Assembly (NCBI GenBank): GCA_013265495.1
Contig: MU062559.1
Span: 6,346,577-6,410,576, forward strand
Direction of reading: 5' to 3'
DNA from: Vicugna vicugna
Lineage: Eukaryota
Length of the DNA: 64,000 bases
The notes under the pieces were generated by a model. The model ran no database searches. It saw only the letters and a list, made by a program, of their open reading frames with translations, and was not told the origin of the DNA. The position numbers and the translations under genes are program-made. The first letter of the stretch is position 1. The number at the start of each line of letters is the position of its first letter. Of this stretch, positions 12,726-25,551 are shown in pieces.

Positions 12726-15533
12726 TGAGTGAGGCTGGGAAGAACTGTTGGAGTCCTCTGTGAGTTCTCTGGTTGCTTTGGCCTTCAAGGTCACAAAGAG
12801 AATCAGGTAACAACATGGTGTCTAGCTTACTGTTCTCGCCCTGAAGCTGGCAGCACCACCAGAACACCAAGACCACTGACCTGGAACAGTCCTCCCAGAC
12901 TCCCGACTCAGGGAAAGGAACAAGAGCCAGCGGGAACCAATGGCTGAGGAGAAGGACCATGGAGCAAGAGGGAGAAAAAGAAGAGAGGCAATGAAAGGTG
13001 GCAGGGGAGACACTCAGGAAAATAGGCTGAGTGATGGTCAGAAACGTCAGGTGCTCTGTCCAGACCAGTGTCACTGTAAAACACATCTCCGCAAGCAAGG
13101 CTCTCAGGTCTCCAGATCACGGGGCCCATGTGCAATGGGAAGAGTCTCGTGTGAGGCAGTGCAGGCTCCACGTGAGGACGTGGGGTGGAAAGACTACAAG
13201 TCTGCCTTCACCCAAAACAGAGAAAGACGCAGGCAGCAATTCCCGCTCCATCTACCCAGAGCTGGGACAATGCACTTCAAAAACAGGGAGTCAGGTTTCT
13301 GAGCCAGGTGTCCTGTGCCCCAGCTTTCTGCCTGCTCCCCGGCAGGAGCTGACCTAGGGACAGTGTCCATTATATAGTCCTCTTCAAGTCAGCCTATGGG
13401 TTCCTGAGTCCAACTTGAGGGAGATACCTATGGGGGGTCACACAAGGGACCCAGGAGGTGCCGTGAAATCATGAGGTCTGTGTGTTTCTCCTTTTCTGTA
13501 TGATACAGCAGATTTATAGTCACTGGGAAAAGCAGTTACTGGGAAAGCAACTGGGAAAAAAGGAGGGTAGAGAAATCCTGGTCAAAAATAAGATACCAAA
13601 ATTTCAAGAGGAGGGATGGGACAGGGTCAGGGACACTCACATCTTCACAACACATGAGGACCTGAGCGCAATCTGATTATCAAGGGAACAGGCACAAGGA
13701 AAGAAGACCTGCTCGTCTGCAGCCATCTCAGCAGCGGGCCCGGCCCCAGCAGGGGTCTCTGGCGGCACCCCACACGGAGCCTGCCCTGAAGGTAAGAGCT
13801 CCGTGAGGTGGGAGGCTGTGGGCCCACGCGACCACACTGTCCTTTCTCCAAAGGGTGGGAAGGACCTCTGCACCTGAGTACCAGTCCTTAGGGGTAGGGG
13901 GAAGAAGGCAACTTCAGGAATGAAAACGAAGGTATGACACGGGTTAAAGGAAGTGAATAAACCTATAACAGAACAAAACCTCTCCATTTCTACACTGTTC
14001 AGAAAAGCGTTTTCATACATTACATGAAGGGAAATGCCCAGGAGAATAGGCTGTAACTGGTTCCTAGAGTCAAAATCCCACGTTATCCTTTGTCTAGGCC
14101 AGACTCATCCTTCCTCTGGATAAAGACCTTTCAAAACAGTCAGCCTAAGTAATCATATAAGTAGCTAAAAATATGCAGAAAGGTTCTTTATCAAGAGGCC
14201 CCAACTTACAGCCACAAGAGATCAGGACACCACAACCAAGAAAGATAAATATGAAGTTTGTATTAGACTAAGGATCTGTAGACTTACTCACACGCCAGGG
14301 GCACAGAGAAGATGGGGAAAGTTTTTTCTTTTTCAACAATCAAATATCAGCAAATACACAGACAAAGGTACGGTCATAATAACCATGAGAGAGTAAAAGA
14401 GCTTTGGGCCACTCACTCCTTTCAGTGGTCAGCATTCTCTTTAACTCCCTTGCGCTTTTGGAGACCAGCGGGCGATACATATGGTCAGAAAGAAAAGTGG
14501 CTGGGGAAACAAGAATTGTACGAGGAAGGGAAAGAGGCTTCAGGAGAAGTGAAACAACAGGGAGAGGACTATGGTGAGAAATCTGAGGCAAAACAGAAAT
14601 GTGGTTTAGGTTGGAAGTGATGAGGATGTTACTAATGAAGGTCTGAGGCAGCCCAACGACGAGCTTTCCTCCCTCCGCCCAAAGCACGACAGACAGACAA
14701 ACATCTATTCCTGCTCCCTCTGGATCATGACCTTGAGTGGACTCACCTGCTTTTTCCAACATGAAACCGCTCTGTGGTTCGTTACCCAAAGGATTATTAC
14801 ACAGAGGGAAACTCTAAAATATCTGCCCCTTCAACCTAATTCTTGCGCCACGTCAAAAATTTCAACAGCTACTGACAGACAACGGGAGTGCTTGGATTCT
14901 GGAAATACCTCTCCGGCGGGAGGTTATCTTTAACTGTTAACAATTCAACCTAGTTGTGCAGTTACAAAATGTGGGGGTGGAGGGAAGACACCCTGCATGC
15001 CAACATAAGGGTTTCCTCTTTACCAGCAAATGCATCTTACCACAAACAAAATACAGGGCAACATGAGACTGATGAGACAATTTGGGGGCTTACGTCCCTC
15101 CCCTGACATATTCACTGGCCATTCAGATGAAAATGAGAGATGCTGGAACTCATACCCAGGTATCTGTATCACTCGCCATCCCGAAGACGCCCACACACCT
15201 GCTCTCAAGAACCTACAAAGACCCACGAGCGAGATAACCTCTAGGACCCCCATCATCTTTTTCACTTGGTGCGTATTATGATACTGCATAAAAGCTGGCG
15301 GTATCCCATGGATTTGATTGTAAAAGAAGTGAGGGAAAAAGGCAGATCTAAAATCCTAAGCCTCAGCCCAGCATGCTCCCCCACTGTTCCTTTTTTGTGC
15401 CCACCTAGCAGGATGAGCGACTGGCATACTCCTGGAAAGAAGATGGCTCTGGTGACGAAGGTTGATAAAAATTAGCAGGTAGATGGGCACCATGGCAGCT
15501 GAGGAGCCCGACTCCTGCCTGCGAGAGCCAGCC

Positions 15534-15665
15534 NNNNNNNNNNNNNNNNNNNNNNNNNNNNNNNNNNNNNNNNNNNNNNNNNNNNNNNNNNNNNNNNNNN
15601 NNNNNNNNNNNNNNNNNNNNNNNNNNNNNNNNNNNNNNNNNNNNNNNNNNNNNNNNNNNNNNNNN
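15534..15665. other. Assembly gap (132 N)
   Basis: Run of N in GC-rich context. Confidence 0.99.
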
Positions 15666-16699
15666 GCTGGAGGCAGGCAGCTCAGGCTAATTCGCCAAGG
15701 AGGAGATTGCAGGCTGCAGGCTCTCTGCATCAGGGGCCTGGCTGGGCCGGCCTGGTGTTCACCACGCGTCCCAGGACACCCACAGTGGGGAGCAGCCGGA
15801 GGGCGGCAGGCCAGTGAAGCAGGGCTCAAGGAACAGGATGTGGGCAGACACAGAATGGGTCACGGATGTGGGAGGCTGAGCACCGGGGAGAGTGGCAGAC
15901 TGGTCTCTGACACGGCGGAGAAACATGAGACCAAGTGAGCCCGGGTCCTACCTCCTCCTTATACAAGAAGCAACCGAAAGATGTCCTACCTCTCGCTGTA
16001 GCACCAGTTCCTTGGTGAAAAGCGTTGCTTCCTCACTGAACGGCTCTCCCTCCTGCACCAGGCCTGGGAGGTTTCGGGCTCCCCTGGGGCATTCGATGCC
16101 TGTGTTGGGAGAAAAGAAATGGTGATGAGAAGGGGCCCACGAGGCCTGGTGTCCAGCAAGGATGACACTTCTAATGAGACAGGCATTAGGTCAGAATGCT
16201 GCCCCAAGAGACAGGGCAGTGGTAGCGGTACAAGCAGAGGAGTTTCAGCTTGCCTGAGGTGAGAAACACTAACGTGACCAAAGCAGCAACTACCGAGCGG
16301 GGATGTCAGTCACAGCACCTGGGAATTGTTAACAGTTCGGGGAGTTCCAGACAGGTACGTGGGAAACGTGCGCACACATACACCCAAGATGGGCTGAATG
16401 CTCATTTTGCACTCCTCGCTGCTGGCAGTCTTAGAGCCTTACCACTTAACCCATCACTTACGTCAATGGCCCTCTCACCAAAATTATACTGATATCCTCC
16501 GCCATTCCGCCTCCTAAGAGCCATTCCAGCTGACTCCCAGACATTTCCTCTTTACTATCTGACTTTCACATCCAATTCAAAAGTGTTAACTCAGTGTCAT
16601 TTTCCTCTTTAAATAAGCTTCCCTCTCTGTCCTCTGGCTATGTGTGGGGCAGCAGTGCCATCAGTTTTTCATTCAGAAGGAGAGACAGAAAAAAACAGA

Positions 16700-16935
16700 A
16701 TATTGATCAAGTATGAGACAGACCTGGCTTCACATCCTAACTATCATTTACTAGATTTGTGACCTTGGCCAAGTTACAGAACCATGGAAAGCCTCAGTCA
16801 TCCTATTGGCAAAATCGGTTTAATATAACTACTTCACACGGCTGTTGGGTGAACTGTGGCAAATTATTATGTAAAATACTTAGAACCATGCCTGACACAT
16901 GGAAAGGTTCAATCCATTTTAGCTCTCATTATTTT
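16700..16935 (+). mobile_element. MIR SINE, near full length
   Basis: agacagacctggcttc...ttactagatttgtgaccttggccaagtta...gcctcagt...atgtaaaatacttagaaccatgcctgacacat...tagctctcattatt. Confidence 0.9.
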
Positions 16936-16984
16936 ATCAATATTAACATTAACACTCTTAGAAATAACCCACACTCAAAACCTG

Positions 16985-17090
16985 TCATCTTTTACTCCTC
17001 AAACGAGCCTGGGAGATTCCTGAGGACACACTCTCACAGTCCTATGTATCCAAGGACAGTATTTTACACAGTATAGATGCTCACTAACCA
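16985..17090 (+). mobile_element. L2 3' end fragment
   Basis: gattcctgaggacac...tatgtatccaaggacag...cacagtatagatgctcac. Confidence 0.5.
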
Positions 17091-19493
17091 AAGCAGATGG
17101 CCTTTAAGGTCTTTTTTGATTCAATCATTCATTTTGCAAATATTTATCACTAACAGTGGTCATCTGTGACAGGACACGGAATATGTCACATTTTTATGTC
17201 TGAATTAGACTTACAGGTATTTCAAAACAGTCACACTGCAGCTGTAATCATGAAGTAGAAACCTGAACTAGGCTACAGACCTAGAAGACGAAAATGATCA
17301 AAATACGGAGGAGCAAGCATTTAGTGCCCATGTCTCTCAGTCACGGCGGGTCTCTCCTGCTGCAATAAGGCATGACTAGAAGGTGACACTGTGCGTTTAC
17401 AAAGAGCCTCAGATGAAGTTACAAAAGATGCGGCAGGCGGGGCAGCAGGGCGTCTAGGCTACTGCAAATACCTGCTGGGAGTCTCTGGGAGAAGAGGGGC
17501 CACCACTGCTGGGACAGAAGGTACATCCCTTATGGAGGAAGCCAGGTGGCTGCTCATGTTTCTGGCCACAGCACCGATTCAAGGTCATAAAGCTCAGAGG
17601 AGAGGTAATAGTTTATACTCTGGGTTTTCAGAAGCTCAAGAACAGAGCTTTTTCCCCAAGCCTCCAGGCCTCAAAAAAGGAATACACGACATCAAACAGA
17701 ACGTTAGACTGGGAGCAGAGCATCAGGAGAGAAACGGCAGGAGGAAAGCAGCCTGAGCTGGTGGCCAGGACCATTCTCCCACCCACAACTCCCCATTCCA
17801 CAGAGAAGGCCCCACCCACGTGTCACACAGGTAAGATCACCAGGGCTGCCTCACTCCATCCCAGCACCTCAGTGGCAGGCTGTGAGGGAAAAGTGGAACT
17901 TATTTTTGAAAAAGACATCAATAAACTCATAGAGCCAAAAAGCCTGAGGTTAACCTTGAAAGGAGTGATAGGAGCTAGAGTGAAAGATAGCCCGTGATTT
18001 TTACAATGATAATAGCCAAAAACACTCTTCATTTTATATCTGCAAACTGAGCAGGAATAGAATTGTCAGAAAAAGAAGCCATTGTATTGAACTTTCTGGC
18101 CACATAACCATAGATAAAGCACAGTTGCAGAAACACGAATAATGCTAAAACAAGTCACTCTTAGCAGCCATGTGGATAGGACAGAAGTGGGGTGCGGTTG
18201 GTGCTGCTGCTGTGAACTAGGGACCAGAACTGGGAGGAGCCTAGGGCCACTCACTGGGACTGGGGGAAAGAGTTTCCACTAAGAGGACAGTCTTCCAAGT
18301 TGAGCAGATGTCCCTACTCTATTCCTGCCACTTCCTTGGTATTCTGAAATCCCCAGCAGCCTTCTGTGAATCCTAGGAGACCACCAAGTGACCACACTGA
18401 GAAGCATGATGGCCCAGTGAGCCCGGGGAGTTCAACAAGTCAAGCTGAAATGGATTCAGATTCTTTTCCAGGAGCAAGTCCGTTGTGGATGCGCTCCATG
18501 TGGATGCAAAGGAAAGGAGAGCCTTTGTCCCCTGCTCCTCTACTTGCCAGGAGCTGGGCTCCAGTTCTCCAAGAGGAGGGAGCTGAAGGAGGAGTTTTCC
18601 TGCCCTTTAAATGAAAAAAGTAAACACATCCAAGCCTATCAAGTCCTGTCAGGCAGGCAGGTAAGAGAAAGGAAAGTGAACAGAAAAGTTGCTTGAGAAC
18701 AGGAGTATTTTCTCTGCTTTTATCATTCACTTCCTTTTCTACAGCACTGACTCTTACGACTCTTTGACCTGTCTCCTCTAAAGTAACCCTTTCCCTGTCA
18801 AAACCTGTCTCAATGTCACAACTCAGCTCAGGGGTAAGTATGGCTTGGCTGACACCACTTACTAGGGTAGAGAGGGGTTATATCTTAAAAACAGAGCCAG
18901 TAGGAGCAGGTGACAGGTAAGCCCAGGTGTAAGTGCTAGGAGAACCAAGAGGGGAAAGGTGAATATTCACTCAGTATCCTTGACTATGAATCGACATAAG
19001 GCCCCAAATCACAAAGCCACTAAGGGGACAATCTCAACTGCAGTGCCAGATGCTGAAGTCACTGAGAAAACATCCTGTTCTGGAGCTGAACAACACTGGA
19101 CCCAGAGTGGGTCAGAATCACACTGGAGACTAGGTAGGAGGTGCAGGGCTCTGGGGTAACTTGATTACTTGGTGGGTAGGTGAGCAGAGTCAGGAACTAC
19201 AGGCTGGGGTTTGCATGTAAAGCGGAGGGACCGCTGGCACTGGGCTTGTCACGCAGAAGAGTCCCTGGCACTGGCGGACTGGAGCAGCAGGGGAAATCCT
19301 CAATACGAGAGGGCCCTGGGCAAAATACCACGACAGGGACTCAGAAACAGGGTGGACGGGCAAGGCAGAATCTATTATCAGAACAGTGCTCCAAGTTGGG
19401 GCCAGGAGAGCAGGAAGGGTTTTTATAATATAGAATATCTGAGTGTTAGAAACTTGATGAGCCAAGCTACTTATACAGATGGATTGTGTAGAT

Positions 19494-19715
19494 GAGTGTT
19501 TTTCAAACTTTTAATGTTTATTATGACCCACACACACACTTACATATGGGTATATACACTTAACATGGAATAAAGTTTGCACAGAACAGTGGTGAATCGT
19601 GACTACATGTGATACTCCCTGTCTCCCTTCTGCCCTATTTCATTAACGAAAAAAAATCTATGGTAACGACAATGAATTAACTGAAGACCTCTGGTGGGGC
19701 AAAGCCCACTGCTTG
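19494..19715. mobile_element. hAT-Charlie-type DNA transposon remnant
   Basis: Begins gagtgtttttcaaactttt...attatgacccac (Charlie-type CAGTGTTTTTCAAACT terminus). Exact family not assigned. Confidence 0.4.
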
Positions 19716-20189
19716 GAGAACACTGGTGCAGACTGAAGTGTAAAGACAGAGGCTTGGGGCGATGGGTGGGGGGAGGGCCCCTGATGGCCCTCTTGGAGAG
19801 TTCAATGTTTTCAGACTGAAATAGGTGAAGGACGAGCCATTAGCAAGGAGAGTCCCATTGCGTCCTCTTTTCCTAAGAGCCTGGTTAGTAAGGAAACCCA
19901 GTTCGCGGTGCCCCCTGACTCCCATGACCGCTGCTGGCACTGGGCTGGTGTCCCAGGGGCGGGGGGGGGGGCACTTTGTGACCAACAATGATGGATTTAC
20001 AAAAGAAAAAGTTGAAGAAAATGGATCAAGGGGAAGAAAATTGGGTTCTCTGAAAGTAAACTGGGGGCTGCAGTTGCCAGGCTAGGCAGGCCCACAGGCA
20101 GCAAAGAAGAATCCCAGGAAGGTGAACATGATGTGAGCTGCCACTGGGCTTCCAGAAGCCCTTCGCAGCCAGGCGGGGAAGACTCCACC

Positions 20190-20350
20190 ATTCTGGATTG
20201 TGCATATTACCACTAATCGCTGCCTTCTGATAATACACAGGCGCGCGCTGCCTGCTGATAAGGACAGGTTAGGCGCGCTGTGCTTCCAACATACAGGTGC
20301 AGGTCAACTGCCAGGCTTACCTGACACTGACAAGCCATTCACAGATGAAA
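20190..20350. promoter_or_regulatory. Candidate enhancer with paired GATA sites
   Basis: TGATAA at 20228 and TGATAAG at 20256, each followed by an AGGCGCG(CG)CTG block, then CAGGTG and AGGTCA; retained CpGs. Confidence 0.4.
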
Positions 20351-21484
20351 AGAATTTTAGAAAACAAAACAACAACGAAAACGCCCAAACCCATATCCTT
20401 GAACATTTCCTTCCCTATTATTTGGGGGAGGGAGAGGAGAGTGCCAGAATGGAGAGGCCCTGTGGGGGCCTCTCAGCTGACTTGGCCACGGGCAGACACA
20501 GAAAAGGCAGGCAAGACACACCCCCCCCCATCTGCTCCATAGGCCCTGGGACCTCTTACAAGCCCTACAAGACCGACCTGGCTACGTAAAACCCATTGTT
20601 TTTCACATCTTTTCTATGCTTCCTGGGATATGATGGTTGGTCAAGACTATTAGACACAAAAAAGATAATTTTCCTGGTTTCGTATGGTTTAGAAAGAGAA
20701 AATCCGTCACTACTTACAACCATTTCTGGTTTCTACTCAGCCACTGACAAAGCATAAAACCCTTCCAGGCCCCGAGGTCTGTCTGTCTATAAAATGAGGG
20801 AGCTCCCCAGCCTCTCCTGGCCATAAAAACCCTTCAATCTGGGTTATGCCCCTTTGAGATTCCCCATCCAAGGCTTGACTCCTGGAGTGCAGGCTTCCTC
20901 CTTTCAAATGTAAAATGCTGGGCTATCAGAGCATTCTGTTACAAAGAAATTACACATTTAGAGACACTGACTAACTAGGTCAATTAACGGCAACGCTTTG
21001 GTCAGTCAGCTCTGGAACAAGAAGTACAAATTCTTCTCAATGATACGATAATGTCTGTATAAGAGATTCTATTGATGGCTATGTAACAGAGTCATGTATC
21101 TCTGAATATTTTACGCTGTATGCTGACTTTTATGATAATTAAGCCTCTGGGCTTGGACCGCGACTGCTTTCTCCTTTCCTGGGAGTGAAAGGAGAGTGTG
21201 GCAAACCTGTCTTGGCCAGAAGTGACAGCTTCCCAATGGCACTGAGTCCAGCAAACAAGAGACCAGGCATTAGCTGCAGGAAACACAACTCTAGTAGAGA
21301 CAGTTAACCACTTGGAAGGATTAGCTGATGGTGCTCATTGCTTGTCCACTGTGTGCTTGTTACTGCATCAGACATTCGTGAGGGGCAGCAGAGCAGGCAT
21401 GCAGACCTCACCTTTGCCTTCCGGTACTCAGGATACTTGAAAATACCACAGTTCCCTTGGTAGACCTTCCTTCCCTCCCTCCAT

Positions 21485-21720
21485 TTCACAAATACGTCTC
21501 AGTGCCTAGTCCGGGCTAGACACAGTGTTGGAAGGTGAAAACTCAATCATGAAAAAGACAGACTGCTAATGATTAGCATGACAACATTAGTTTCCTCTGC
21601 CATTGTGTAAAGCATGCTACGGGGAGTGAATTTACCATTCAGCCTGTAGGGTGCAGGATGCTAAGAAGTAACATGTGAGAACTGGGTTCTGTCAGGAGGA
21701 TGCATCAGTGTCTAGGAGAC
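21485..21720 (-). mobile_element. L2 fragment
   Basis: ttcacaaatacgtctcagtgcctagtccgggctagacacagtgttgg... is an antisense L2 3' end. Confidence 0.55.
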
Positions 21721-22344
21721 GGTTGGTAGGATGCACGGGACAAGTCAATCACGGGGCTCACCACTGCCACGTCCCTTGCTAAGGGTCAGCCTCAGGCAGC
21801 TATGTTTTCCAGCACGTGACCCTGCCTTCTGTCCTCTCCTCTCACCACAAGTTGGAGATGGAGGTCAGAGCAGACGGTGAGAAATCAGGGAGGGAGGGAA
21901 GGCGGGTGGAGCTACTGCTGCACTGGATTCAAGGGCGGCCATTTATAGTCAGGCTGGCAGTGGGAGAAAAGCTCTATCTAAAGAGATATGAATCGTAACA
22001 GGTGAGAAAGATTCCTTCTGGGCTCTGGACTGGGCAGTGTGCACATTAGCCCATCCGGAGCAGGGGGAGGGAGGGGAGTACGCTGCGTCATCATTGGAGA
22101 GCTAACACTGGAGATCTCCCAGGATGTCCTCAGAACCAACTCCAACCCACTATCACCCTCCGGGTTCCAGGACCTGTGGGATCTGACCTCGCCTTGGATC
22201 CTGTTTAAGAGTTTCAAGGATGTTCCCATAAATCTGTTCTCTCCCCTCACTGCCACCACAAGCGAGCCTATGTGAGAATTCAGTATTTCCAACCCAAATA
22301 AAACTAAAAATTGTTTCTTAGGGTGAGTACTGTGTCTTCCTCAG

Positions 22345-22425
22345 ATTTTATTTTTAGCATCCAAACACTGCTTAGCACACCGTGGCATTGTAGAGCCTCA
22401 GTAAATATGTTGGATGAACATTTGT
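22345..22425 (+). mobile_element. L2 3' terminus
   Basis: cttagcacaccgtggcattgtagagcctcagtaaatatgttggatgaa. Confidence 0.65.
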
Positions 22426-22446
22426 GAGAAGTACTTCTGGAAAGGT

Positions 22447-22583
22447 GGGGTAGGGTGTAGCTCAGTGGTCGAGTGTGTGCTCAGCATGTACGAGGTCGTA
22501 GGTTCAATTTCTAGTACCTCCATTAAAAGATAACAAAACATAAAAATAAATATGTATTCCACCCCCCCAAAGGCATTAAAAAA
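22447..22583 (+). mobile_element. Camelid tRNA-derived SINE (Vic-1 type)
   Basis: ggggtagggtgtagctcagtggtcgagtgtgtgctcagcatgtacgaggtcgtaggttcaatttctagtacctcc with A and B boxes, A-rich linker, C-run and A tail. Decayed TSD aagtacttctggaaagg / aaatacttccggaagg. Confidence 0.9.
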
Positions 22584-23059
22584 TACTTCCGGAAGGAAGT
22601 ATATACACAGACAGAAATGGCTTATGAATGGCCAGGGCTGTAGACCTTATGCAAATACCAAGAGAGGGGCTGACAGAATCCCTCACTACAGGCATCCCAC
22701 ATCCCCATGGTGACATTGTACTTCAATGATGAAAAAGCAAGCACAGCTACACCCCTTGGCCCACCGGTCTTTGCACACGTGGGCAATGCAGTTTATACAC
22801 AGAGAACAAGTGGGCAGCACCGACCAGCAATGTCAGTGAGACCTGAGGCTGGAGCACCGCAATCATGTTGTTTTCAATACGGCAAACGGGGAAATAATTC
22901 CCACTCGTGACCCCATGCTCAGCTCCAGGAAGCCATGCGGCCATATGGAAGTGCAGAAAGCCGCAGCTCACTTAGAGAGAGTGGCAGAAAATGACTCAGG
23001 GGCGGGGAGGCCTGCCTTGAAAGGAAAGATAAAAGGTGCTAAATCTGTACAGCTCGGCT

Positions 23060-23250
23060 AAGTGGTGACTAAGAGGGTGACATGATAACAATCTGCAAAT
23101 ATTTGAAAGGTGTAAACACAAAAAGGAGGGAAAACACTTAGTCTGAAAATAGGGGGTGTAATTATTAGGGGAAAGAAAATCTGGATGAAGTATCGGAAAA
23201 ACTTAGTGTGGAGATGACTATGGGGTTATAAATAAGTTTCCCAATGGCAA
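23060..23250 (+). mobile_element. L3/CR1 LINE 3' fragment
   Basis: actaagagggtgacatgataacaatctgcaaatatttgaaaggtg matches the CR1 ORF2 C-terminal motif ggggacatgatagctgtcttcaaatatttgaaggg. Confidence 0.65.
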
Positions 23251-25530
23251 TGAAAAGGCAGTTATTCGATCCTAAAGCTGGAAGGTGGCCACGAAGCCCA
23301 CCCCTCTGCTTCCATGAAAGGAGCCCAGACCAGGGAACTGTGATTTTTTTTTTTCCCTATATTTAGGGAAAGACTTCTTAAATAATATTCAACTCAAAAT
23401 CCCTCTGCTTTAAATACCGCTCCCTGAAAGTTTAACACAATTTTTCATCAAACCACAGAGAAGACAAAATGGCAGTTCTGGTGGGGCTTTCAGAACAAAA
23501 ACAGGCTTTATCTGCCAGCATGTGGCACGTGCCTGGCTAGCAGGCACAGTGGAGCTAAGCAGGGCCAAGGGACAGAGAGCTGGGAAAGGGACAGTGTAAG
23601 TTTCCAACATAAGAAACCAGGGCCACCTCTCCCTTCTTTCCATTTATACAGTTCCCTGGAGTAAACGTCAAGGACAAGGCAAGGGACAGAAGGAACTCCA
23701 AAATAAGCTTCCTGTCACACTGACTGCTCTCCAATACCTTTGCTTGAGTTCCTGCTGCTGCAGCTGGCCAATTTATAATTCACAGACTCCCAGCAGACAT
23801 TTTTACCCCCAGATTCAATTAGTTTCATTTCTATACTTTCCCCTGCCATCCTTCTCCCCAACGAGAAACAAAACAAAATCTTAAAAACCCCACTTCACAA
23901 AGACAGCAAGACATTTAACTCTGCATATAGCCCAAGAAAAGTTAACACTCTCTCACTACTCTACTCTTGCCCTAAGCAGCAAGAACACCACCCAGGACTC
24001 AAGCTTTGGCACAACACGCAGAGGCAGACAGGAACGTGGTTATCGCCTGGCTCTACACGCAAAGCCCAACCACTTCGCGCTGCTGGATCTCAGAAATGTG
24101 ACACACCTCGTGTACGAAAAGCTTGCTCCTGGTCCTCTCTCGTAAGCTTTAAAGCTGAATCACCTGGAGATCTTAAGCTGCAAATGTTGTCAATGAATCA
24201 GTTAACAACTAAGAACTGCAAACTGTCCCACTTAGGACCAGCTGGTCCTTCATTTTCATGTCCCCCAAATGGCCCAGAGAGCAAGGCAAATGGCAGACCA
24301 GTTGGTTCCTAAGAGTTATGAGTTCTATACAGTATAAGGCCTCAATTTGTATTAAAAGGGTCAGAAGTAAAACAAGGATTTTGTACTGCCTCAAATTCTT
24401 TACTCTCTCCCTTGTTCTCTAAACTGTTATTTTGTTACCTCAGGGGAGGTAGCATCTTCTGGGCCAATTTTGGAACATGTCACTGCTAAGGCTCTTTCAG
24501 TGATGAGAATAAAGGGATAAAAGAAGGAAGGAAGGAATCGTAATTAAAGGGATCAAACTCTTCAGGTAACTGTAGTCAGGGAGTCGGAACTGGGCAAGAG
24601 CCGAGACCGAAGCTGTTTTTACTTCATAGTTCCAATTGTATAGGGGAGACTTTTATTAGGTTGCTCTGATTTGGTCATGTGTGCATCAAATACGGAAAGA
24701 CCAGAGGCTGAAGTTAATTGGGAACAGGAGCAGTAAGATCCCAGTCCTCACAATGTGACGGGGACTGCGGCTCCCTTTGATGAAAGACAGCGTCTAGAGA
24801 AGGGAGGTCCGGTGCTTGGCTTCGAACACGACTTCAGTGTCTTGGGTACAAGCACAACAGGAGAGGGGTGACGTCTCAAGTCTCATCTCCAGTTGTTAGG
24901 GGGTCAATGGTGGACCCCCATGCAGTTATTTGAGGTAAGGGGTACGCTGGTTCTCTCATAGTATCTGGCCAACAGTAAGTAACCGCTAAACAAACGCCAG
25001 AGAGGAGAAAACCTAGCAAAAACAGATGCAGCAAATGTAATAGCAACGTCCTCCTATTCCTGGTTCCTGAATGCATTCTAGTTAACACTTCATGCACTCA
25101 CAGAGAAATCGAGTTACTCTTCTTTCTGGGGCTTTAAGGCGAGTGAGTGTTAAACATTCAATCACTGACTGCCTTCCAAGGAGGAGACAAGGAAGGGATG
25201 GCTGAGAGACCTTATGTGGGATTTCTTGCTCTCAGTCTGGCCAGCCAGGCAGTGCGCAGAAGTGGCTTCACCAAACTTGATTTATTACTGGCTTTAGACA
25301 CCAAAGAGTCATTTCCCAAAGGGAGAAAAGCTTTTTCAGGTGGAGCTGGTGCAGCAGAAAACAATCGGGCTAGCGTCAGAATAACCACATGATTCTCCAC
25401 ATTTCAGACCAAGATCTGAAAACAATGATTTTTAAAGGGAGGGAAAGACTCACTGACGAGGCTGTTCCCTTCCTGTGGCCTCCCCAGCACATGGCCGTCA
25501 ACAAGCCAGCCAGGCTTTCCGGGGCGGGGG

Positions 25531-25551
25531 NNNNNNNNNNNNNNNNNNNNN
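25531..25551. other. Assembly gap (21 N) inside a G-run
   Basis: N run flanked by G homopolymers on both sides. Confidence 0.99.

Noticed and set aside
12487-13098. 203-aa minus-strand ORF
   Set aside because: Runs through a MER58A MITE; no domain similarity; chance ORF.
22447-22525. tRNA-like sequence with A and B boxes (also 39952-40025)
   Set aside because: No proper acceptor stem or cloverleaf; followed by an A-rich linker, C-run and TSD, so these are tRNA-derived SINE heads, not tRNA genes.
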